DNA of 63,912 nucleotides, filler included, from Cercozoa sp. M6MM (Eukaryota > Protista > Endomyxa: Ascetosporea), in NCBI GenBank assembly GCA_040357565.1. It is 14 parts of 14 records of this genome, joined end to end, with 100 filler letters (N's around TTAATTAATTAA, not from the genome) between each part and the next. Parts side by side here need not be neighbours in the genome. Positions count along the whole stretch, not along the records: positions 48,353 to 54,514 come from JBDODJ010000779.1; positions 54,615 to 56,967 come from JBDODJ010001792.1; positions 57,068 to 60,967 come from JBDODJ010001282.1; positions 61,068 to 62,773 come from JBDODJ010001947.1; positions 62,874 to 63,912 come from JBDODJ010002211.1; 9 more parts are not named here. One strand, 5' to 3'. Made by a program: the position numbers and the translations under genes. This document shows positions 53,835-63,912 of this stretch, piece after piece (positions within the stretch are counted from its first letter, which is position 1; every line of letters begins with the position of its first letter). The notes under the pieces were generated by a model that did no database searches, was not told the origin of the DNA, and saw only the letters and a program-made list of their open reading frames with translations.

Positions 53835-54499
53835 AGGAGTGTGTCTATAAAAATATATACAGGCAGTTATATAGAAAGATAAATATACAAAAATATCTAC
53901 CTATCTATAGGTAGAATATAGGTAGGAGATGTATGAGGTAATACAGAAGTAGTATGAATAAGGTGTATGTCTATGAATGTTGCTGGAACTGGTCTCAGAG
54001 ACGAGTGTTCCCGACGCGAATCTCGGCGTACTTTGGCGCGTGTTTGTTTCTGTTCGGCGTGGCGCGCTGCCTGCGACCGCAGCCGTGTGACTCGTCGCTG
54101 CAGCAGCGCAGTGTAACTTTTCTTGTATTTTCAGTACACAAAATAAAACGAGTAGGATAATAGAATCTACAAAAATGACAGGGCGGCGCGGTATGCGAGC
54201 TGCAGGCCTGGCTACTCGTGTTTGGACAGGTCGGCATGTCCCTATGGTAGACCCCCTCCCTTCTTCCCTCCTTGACCCCTACCCTTTCCTCGGTAACAGG
54301 TGGTCAGTTCTGGCCGTGATTTTGGCGGCTTCGGTTCGTATTCGTACCAGTCATGTACGTTGGAGTTATGCCTTACCCCTACCTACCTACCTTACCCCTC
54401 CTATGTAGGTGATGGAGCTGCTACGTACGCGTGAGTGCTGGCTACATGCGCTCTGTTGGTTGACGGCGCTGTTGTGTGCGACGTTGCCGGTGGCACTGG
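51328..54499 (+). CDS. Frizzled/Smoothened-like (class F) 7TM receptor with N-terminal CRD (3' partial, TM1-4 visible)
   Basis: Signal peptide MWLTALAALGTLAEA; CRD ECVEM..KFCG..Y, ECKRRGMGFLCNYMAPEC, RSTCYGAC, ACHSF; linker KCP...CVVGCPTPVF; TM1 then KRRRVFPTRISAYF; TM3 CELQAWLLVFGQVGMSLWWSVLAV; TM4 WLHALCW. Confidence 0.85.
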
Positions 54500-54647
54500 G
54501 TGCTTTACCCCCCCNNNNNNNNNNNNNNNNNNNNNNNNNNNNNNNNNNNNNNNNNNNNTTAATTAATTAANNNNNNNNNNNNNNNNNNNNNNNNNNNNNN
54601 NNNNNNNNNNNNNNGGGGGGGGGGTAAAGACACGTGCCTGCACGCAG

Positions 54648-55799
54648 AAGCCGAAGGAGCCGGAGGATAGCTGGATGTCGGTCTTTTCGCAGGGCGAGGT
54701 AGCTTCGTTTCGGAGGGGGGGTAAAGTAGGGCGGGGAGTAAACCTCTTATGTATGTGACAGTCGACGCAACGCACGGCGCAGCAGCAGCAGCGAAAGCAG
54801 GAGCAGTATCACAACGTGTTCGGCAGCGTAACTCTACCCTTTCGCACCCCTATACCCTGTCCTCCCCCCCCCCCCCCCCCCGGTAGGAACCTTTGGGTGC
54901 CGATGAATTCGACGTGTTTGGCGCGCAGCAGCAGCAGCAGGCGCCACCGCAGAACGACAACCCGTTCATGATGATGATGCCTGCAACAACAACAACAACA
55001 GCAGCAGCAGTGGCGATGCCGAAAACAGCAAGTGCGGCACGAGAAACGCCGCCGATGCAGTCGATGCCGCCCGAGGAGAAACAAAGTGGCAGCAGTGCTT
55101 TCGATCCGTTCGCCGATCTGCTGTCGGGCACGAGTCTGTACGTTTCTGTTCCTTGCTTCACCTCCCTTGACCCCCCCCCCCCCGGCAGTAGCGGCAGCAG
55201 CGGGCAGGCGGAGCGTGAACGTGAGCAGCAGGCCAGAGAGGCGCGGCGCGAGGCGCGACTACGCCGTGCGCAGCATGGATCGATGTCGTCGGCAGGTGGT
55301 GACAACCCGTTCATGTCGCCGGTGCAGGCGCCGGTGTCGTCCTCGTCTCAGTCGGCTCAGGTTCCGGCGCATATGCAGAATGGCATGCAGGCTATGCCTG
55401 GTATGCAGGGCATGCCTGGCATGCAGGCTATGCAGGGTGTGCCTGGTATGCCCATGCAGGGTATGCCGGCTATGCAGGGCATGACTCCAATGCAGGGCAT
55501 GCCAGGTATGTCGCCGATGCAGCAGATGACACCGCAGATGATGGTACTCAAAACCTCCCACCCCCTGCTACTTTACCCTCCGTTGTCATAGGCACAGATG
55601 CAGGCGCAGATGCAGGCACAGATGCTCAAGATGCAGCAGCAGATGCAGGCACTCTCGATGATGCAGCAGCAGTCGCCGCAGCGACCGGCGGCCGGGAACC
55701 GTGCTTCCAACGTACCTTTACCCCCCCCCCCCCCCTGATACAACACTATGTAATGTGTGATGTAATGTGTGACTGCAGAGCGACAATCCGTTCATGTGA
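54648..55799 (+). CDS. C-terminus of an endocytic adaptor (epsin/AP180-like; 5' partial)
   Basis: Three DNPF motifs (the last at the extreme C-terminus), FDPF, FDVF, and an M/Q/P/G-rich tail. Confidence 0.7.
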
Positions 55800-56111
55800 A
55801 GTTTCTCGTTTCTGAAGTACTAGTCAACCGAACTCGAACTTAGCTCGGTTTTGTGTTTCAATTGTTCCCGTCTTGTCAATGAAAAGAACCAAATAAAATG
55901 TCCGGTCATGGTGAGTCGTCGCGGAGACGAGTTGCATGCATGAGGTTTCAGTTCTCTTTGCCAACTGTACTCGGGCTATCACAGAGCTTCAATCGATGAG
56001 TAAACGATTCGAATGACAGAAAACCAACTGCGCTGATCAGCTTGGGTTCATCCGCGAGGAGCACAGAATCTAAGTCATACACGGGTGAGGTACAGTAGGG
56101 ACGGAGACTTT

Positions 56112-56967
56112 TTAGTTGCCCAGGGCAGCCGCGCGCTCCTCGGTGAGCTCCGTGGCCGTGGCGGCGACCTTCTCATGCTGCCACGCAGTGAACGTGACGG
56201 CGTCGACGCCGAGTTCCTGCGGCGTCGCAAAACGCCAGTTGCCGCCCGCCGTCGTGCGCACTGCGGGAGGGAATAAAAAGGAAGGAGTAGGGGTAAAGCT
56301 GAACTGTACCCGGGAAGGAGAAGACGAGGCCCTCAGGCACGCCGAACGGGTTGTTGTCAGAGCACACGGCCATCGACACGACGCGCTCGGTACCGCAGAT
56401 CCAGTCGCGCACATGGTCCAGCACAGCTGCACGGGGTCAGAGGGGGTTAAAGGCATCGGGAAAACAGAGGGGGAAGAGATACGAAGGTGTGTAAAACCAC
56501 GTACCGTTGGCAGCCGAAGCAGCCGACGAGAGACCGCGCGCCTTGATGATGGCGGCACCACGCTACGGCAAGTAAGAAGGGCATGAAAGTAAAGGGGTAC
56601 AGGGTTAGAAGATCGGTAAGCGGAGGTTAAAAAAGAAGCTACCTGCTGCACGGTGGAGACGAAGTCGCCCTGCAGGTACTCCTGCTCAAGCAGCTCGGTC
56701 ACCTTCTTGCCGTTCTCCAAAGTTGCGAACGTCGTGTCCGGCACCTGCGTGGCCGAATGGTTGCCCCAGCTGTTAGTTAACAGGGGGTAACAGGGATAAC
56801 AGCAACACAGCAGTGGGGGAGGGGGGAAGGGTACATGACAACATTGCGCAGAGCAGCCGGCGACACCGAAAGTCGCTGCGCGAGCTGCGACACGGCGCGG
56901 TTCTGATCGAGTCGCGTCAGCGCCGAGAAGTTCTCGCGCGGAATCGACGGCGCGTACTTCATCGTCT
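56112..56967 (-). CDS. MDH1: Cytosolic malate dehydrogenase (5' partial)
   Basis: Motifs ENFSALTRLDQNRA, WGNHSATQVPD, VQQRGAAIIKARGLSSAASAA, GVPEGLVFSFP. Confidence 0.97.
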
Positions 56968-57067
56968 NNNNNNNNNNNNNNNNNNNNNNNNNNNNNNNNN
57001 NNNNNNNNNNNTTAATTAATTAANNNNNNNNNNNNNNNNNNNNNNNNNNNNNNNNNNNNNNNNNNNN

Positions 57068-57122
<55 letters not shown>

Positions 57123-57132
57123 TATAATGTAC

Positions 57133-58876
<1,744 letters not shown>

Positions 58877-59260
58877 CAGTCACAATCACGCGCATGCATC
58901 GGCAGGGCAGAACCGGTACTGTACCGCTCAAATCGTCGGCCTCAGACATAAAGTACAACGTTAACACACCCTGGCAATCTACGTAACTGTCTCACACACT
59001 AACGCATGCTGGTGCCAATGGCCCAGAGTACTGTATGGAGGCCGAGTGCACGCACAACCCAAGATTTTCGGCTCGTTTGTCCGGTGTCCGAGCCCAAACG
59101 AGCGCTCCCGTCATTCTTGGGCAGTTTGCAGCAAAGAAAGGTGCTGTTTTGTGTAAGTGTTGACACAAAGGAGCTAAAGCAGCGGAATACACGTTCTAGC
59201 TTGCTTTTTTTCACTAACGTGGAGTGAATATTCTCTTGGGCCCGAGAAACGGCATCCGGG

Positions 59261-60962
59261 ATGGGTGTGCGACATGTACAAGGCCAAACTGCCTTCAACG
59301 AGGCGCTTAAGGTACGTTTCATGGTTGTTCGGCTCTATGTGTCTGCATATGTCCGTTTCAGAATGCCGGCAAGAAGCCTGTGATTGTGGATTTCTCAGCA
59401 GCCTGGTATTGTACTTTTGGAGGGCTGGGATGCGCATGACTGGTGTAATTGCGGTGCTTTTGTAGGTGCGGTCCGTGCAAGAGCATTGCACCTACTTTCG
59501 AACAGTTGTCGAACGAGTTCTCGAGTGTGGTCTGCCTTAAGGGTGAGCCCTTTTTGTTTGTTTGGTTATCCTCCCATGTCCGTGTGTATGAGATACATAT
59601 TCCTCCATGACAGTGGACGTGGATGAGTCGAAAGGCGTCGCACAGGCCTGTGGTGTAGCTGCAATGCCGACATTCCGTAGCTTTGATTTCCTTTATCTGC
59701 GCCAACTGACTGAACTAACCGATGTGAATAATTGACGTGTATTGACTGTGTTTGCAGTGGTGTTCAGCCAGGCGAGCCGTCAGAGCGACCTTGAACTGCG
59801 CGGTGCGGACCCTCGGTAGCTACCTTCCTTTGTCTCTTTCCTTTGCTCTTTATCTTTGCTCTTTTACTCCACTGTCGCAGAGCACTGCGTGCCTTGTTCG
59901 AGAAGGCGTCGAAACTGAACAATGTGTTCAGTGGACAAGGCTTCTCGCTCACTGGGTGTACCTTGTGTTCACTTGCCAGTTGTCTGCTTGTACCTCTTGT
60001 ATCTGTCAACACTTCTTCGTTTCTGTAGCTTCCTCGGCAACAGCGACCAGTGTGACGGCGACGCAGTCGACTGCGAAGCCGAAGCGATTCAACCCGTGGG
60101 CTGACCCGAACTTTGTGCCGCCCGGCATGCGACCCAAGCCGCAGCCCGCCGCTGCACCTGTTGGTACTCTTGTATCTGCGTATGTGCATATGCATGTACA
60201 TACAAAACTATGCAGAGAACGCCACCGTCCCAGCAGCGTCCGGATCGAGTGACGATGTGACGAAACAACTGATCGACATGGGCTTCTCCGTGCCTCACAT
60301 TGAACGGTACACGTCCTTGCTTCATGCCTCCTTAAGCATGTGTGATGCGATGTGTCTGACTATCCACCTTGTGCACAGTGCCAAGCAGACACTTGGAGTG
60401 AACGAACTCGAGTCGTTGCTGGCCTGGCTGTGCGAGAATCCTCTGGACAGCGGAAGCGCTGCTGCTGCCACTGTCGCTGCTGCTCCTGCTGAACCGGCCG
60501 CACCCTCTCTTCCTCGTACCTAACGCTTCTTTTCTCACACACACATACACACACACACACACACACACAACACTGGATGGACGAACAATGTGGCAGCCAA
60601 GCCCAAACGCGGCGACCCTCTGGGACACAAACCCGGCGTCGTCTACGAGGACGAGGACACTCCGGCCACGCCGGGCCTGCTCCGCAAACTCGAAAGCAAG
60701 CAGGCACAGGTAGCATCACACATGCAGGGCCTCGCTTGCACGTGTGTGTATGTGTATGCATGTGCATGTATTTGTGTTCATGCAGAAGACACAGAGCAGC
60801 AACACTGCGGCAGCGGCGCCGGCAAAACCCAAGGCACCGCGTACGCGCGAGGAGCAGAAGTCGGTACTCTGCGGCTCGATTCTTGCTGACTAGTTAGGAC
60901 CTATCTGTGTGCAGAAATTGGCAGATATGCGTGCCAAGCGTAAGGAACGTCTTGCAGTGCAG
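59261..60962 (+). CDS. Thioredoxin-UBA fusion protein (3' partial)
   Basis: Spliced [26 protein letters not shown]...KVDVDE...MPTF, followed by KQLIDMGFS...ESLLAWLCENP (UBA) and a charged helix. Confidence 0.82.
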
Positions 60963-61067
60963 GTGTGNNNNNNNNNNNNNNNNNNNNNNNNNNNNNNNNN
61001 NNNNNNNNNNNTTAATTAATTAANNNNNNNNNNNNNNNNNNNNNNNNNNNNNNNNNNNNNNNNNNNN

Positions 61068-61770
61068 CAACGGCGGCGGTGCTGCGTGCAGCCTCTGCGG
61101 GATTCGAATGGGTCGCTGGCAGGTCCAACGTGGACAGGGACAGGTCCAGTGTGGACCAGTCTAAGCTGGACAGGGACAGGTCCAGTATGGACAGGGACAG
61201 GTCCAGTGTGGACAGGGACAGGTCTAGTATGAACAGGGACAGGTCCAGTGTGGACCGGCAGCTGCGCCTGCAGGTGCAGTCGCTGGCGTCGCAGGCACGC
61301 AACGGCGCCGTCGTCATGGCCGCCGAAATCGCTCTCCACGTCGCTCCGGCCGCACTCCAGGTACGGGGGGAAGGGGGTAAAGGGGGTGAAGGGAGGGGTA
61401 GGGGCAAACGGGAGGGGTGGGGTGGGGGGAGAAACTAAGTGTGTGCAGCAGAGCCAGCCGTGTGCGAATCCGGTGCGTGCCGACTGCACCTCGCTGCGAC
61501 GAATCGAGACGAGTCCGCACACGCCTGGCGATGCCCTGCAGGTGTGTAGCGCCCCCTTATTCATCAGAAACACCGCTTTTATCACCAAAAACACCGCCTT
61601 TTTCACCAAAAACACCGCCTTAATCACAAGCAGCACTCCTTTTTATGTTTTGCGTTTGTGTTTGGCAGATGCAGGAACTGCGCACAGCGCTGCAGGAGGC
61701 TCTGCACCTCTCGCAGCAACTCGAACTGCAACAAGACAGCACTCGACCTGCCGGCGACGCGATTAGCTAG
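61068..61770 (+). CDS. C-terminus of an unidentified protein with 21-bp DRDRSS(V/M) repeats
   Basis: Three exons ending MQELRTALQEALHLSQQLELQQDSTRPAGDAIS*. Confidence 0.55.
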
Positions 61771-62277
61771 TATTGCAAACCACTCGGATAGCAGGTACTT
61801 GGCTATAGCTCAGTCTACTAATCTACCGACGGAACGAGTTTGTTTGTGGCGCTTCGTTCTGCCTCATTGCCAGCATTCTGCTCCAGATGCATAACACATG
61901 TATGCACCTTGCATCAATTATGAGCCAGTCAGTTGCCGTCCTAACCGTATCATACTGGGTGCACCGCACCTACGAAGGACGCACTGATGTGAACACTGCA
62001 GGGCAAATGTGAGTGGATTTTGGCGATATTCTCTGTCGCCGACGTGAATGTGACTCAGTGCAGCAGCAGAAGGTAGGGGTCCTTCGACCGGCAACATCTC
62101 ACCTTTCAGAATAGACACGGATGGAAGAAGAGTCGACACTCACCAAGTCTGTCGCTGACTGACAACAATCCAAAAATCCTTATCCCTGTTGCCCGTCCGA
62201 AGTTTTTGAACTCAAGTGCGGTCGGTGTTCCCGCTCGCTAACCACGAGAGTGGGCTCAGTTTAATAGCTCGAGCCCC

Positions 62278-62529
62278 ATGGCGCGCAAGAAGAACGTACC
62301 CAACGCACCACGGGGCTTGATTCGGTATCAATCATTATTTGTTGCTGGGTGTATCCTTTCCGTATGCCTTGTTGAATGCCGTGAATTCCCAGTGCCATTG
62401 TTGGCGTGGGCAATGCCAATAAAACGCTGGCGCGCACGCGGCACAATGTAGCGCACCTGTGGTTCGAACGTCTGCGTGCCTTGGTATCGTGGTGGCCTAG
62501 GTCGATGTGGGCTGTCTCTCTGTCTGTAT

Positions 62530-62616
<87 letters not shown>

Positions 62617-62692
62617 TGTGTACGAAGATAAGGCAAGGACTACGTTGCGCAGTAGGAAGGTGCCGCACGGCAGCTGCAGGGAGTGAACTCCT
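62278..62692 (+). CDS. PTRH1: Peptidyl-tRNA hydrolase (Pth1 type), N-terminal part
   Basis: Spliced MARKKNVPNAPRGLIR|AIVGVGNANKTLARTRHNVAHLWFERL matches the Pth1 pattern IVGLGN....TRHN.G. Confidence 0.72.
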
Positions 62693-62886
62693 GTACGTCC
62701 CAGTTTCGCCCACTCGCCGCCGTGCTGTGCTTTCGACACCATCCATGCAACACACACACACACACACACACACNNNNNNNNNNNNNNNNNNNNNNNNNNN
62801 NNNNNNNNNNNNNNNNNTTAATTAATTAANNNNNNNNNNNNNNNNNNNNNNNNNNNNNNNNNNNNNNNNNNNNCCCCCCCCCCCAG

Positions 62887-63912
62887 GTACGAAGGCGCCG
62901 ATGCATTGCTGCGTCGACTGGGAGCGATTTTCTGCCACGTGGCGCCCTTCTTTCGACTGTACGGGCTTTTATACCCCCTCCCGTCCACATGGACTGGACC
63001 AATGTACCGTCTACATGGACCACAGGTACGCCATGTACGCCGAGGGCATTAAGGCGGCGCAGCAGTGTTTCGCCGACGCAGTCGCCAAAAACGAACGCTT
63101 TCGCCGCTTCCTCTTCCTGCAGGTACTTGGGGATGGGAGGGGAGGGGGTAAACAGAGGGGTATAAATTTGGTGGCCGCAGGAGAGCGTCACAAACACGAA
63201 ATTGAGCGAACTGCTGCGCGCGCCGCTGAAGCGACTTGAGCAGCTAGTATTTTTCTTTTTTGTATTTTTATGTTTTTTATTTTTATGTTTTGTATTTTTA
63301 TGTTTTTGTATGTTTATGTTTTTGTATGTTTATGTTTTTGTATTTTTGTGTATGTATGTGTATGTATGTTTCTAATATGTATGCACGTATGTGTATGTGT
63401 GTATGTAGGTGTGTGTATGTTTATATGTATGTATGCATATTATGTATGCATGTGTATGTATATGTATGCATGTGTATGTATGCAGTGTGTGTATGTATGT
63501 GTATGTATGTATGTATGTAGTGTATGTATGTATGTGTATGTATGTATGTATGTAGTGTGTGTATGTATGTATGTATGTAGTGTGTGTATGTATGTGTATG
63601 TATGTATGTGTGTGTATATGTGTATGTCTATGTATGTAGTGTCTGTGTGTCTGTATGTATGCATGTATGTATGATGTATGTATGTATGTATGTGTATGTA
63701 TATGTATGTAGTGTCTGTGTGTCTGTATGTATGTATGTATGTATGCATGTATGTATGTATGTATATGTACGTACGTCTCAATATATTTGTGTACTTTACC
63801 CCCCCCCCCCCGTACATGTAAATACATATACATACCTACACATACATACACAGGCAGAGATGTTCGGCGCAACCTTCGCTTTGTGCGATGGTGACGTCCC
63901 GGGCATGGTTTT
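62887..63912 (+). CDS. Dbl-homology (RhoGEF) domain, internal exons
   Basis: LGAIFCHVAPFFRLYAMYAEG...NERFRRFL...KLSELLRAPLKRL matches the DH CR3 region. Confidence 0.8.
63248..63853 (+). repeat. Degenerate (TGTA)n/(TG)n satellite filling a ~600-nt intron
   Basis: Directly visible between a GT donor and a CAG acceptor. Confidence 0.9.

Noticed and set aside
62351-62359. GTATCCTTT minor-spliceosome (U12) donor consensus (similar GTATCCTT at 409)
   Set aside because: Both lie inside introns whose upstream GT donor restores the conserved frame; using 62351 as the donor shifts Pth1 out of frame.

Overview
This is eukaryotic (protist-like) nuclear DNA, not a prokaryotic locus, and the exact lineage cannot be determined from the sequence. 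The window is 14 short contigs joined by 13 artificial 100-nt linkers (44 N + TTAATTAATTAA + 44 N), so genes on different contigs are not necessarily neighbours. Genes are dense, often head-to-head, and split by many short (about 50-90 nt) GT-AG introns. Most entries in the six-frame ORF track are therefore exon fragments or spurious; all gene models below were spliced by hand and exon boundaries are inferred. Recognisable genes: TOR, PLAC8-like, RPN5/PSMD12, CFAP20DC-like, NTH1, RPA43, an RGS protein, a DUF4246 oxygenase, STPG2-like, an ADAM protease, an N-terminal SH3 (DOCK-like) protein, FHIT, a probable IGHMBP2-like helicase, DNAJC11-like, TOP1, METAP2, TTC1, DSCC1, an NPF-rich endocytic adaptor, MDH1, a thioredoxin-UBA fusion, peptidyl-tRNA hydrolase and a DH RhoGEF. 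The main leads are: (1) a Frizzled/Smoothened-like receptor with about 20 introns that is invisible in the ORF track; (2) an unusually degenerate GTA(C) splice-donor code; (3) strand-biased, G-quadruplex-type intronic repeats; (4) a dispersed GATC-rich repeat that appears inside exons in different reading frames. No tRNA, rRNA, CRISPR array or transposase was recognised.
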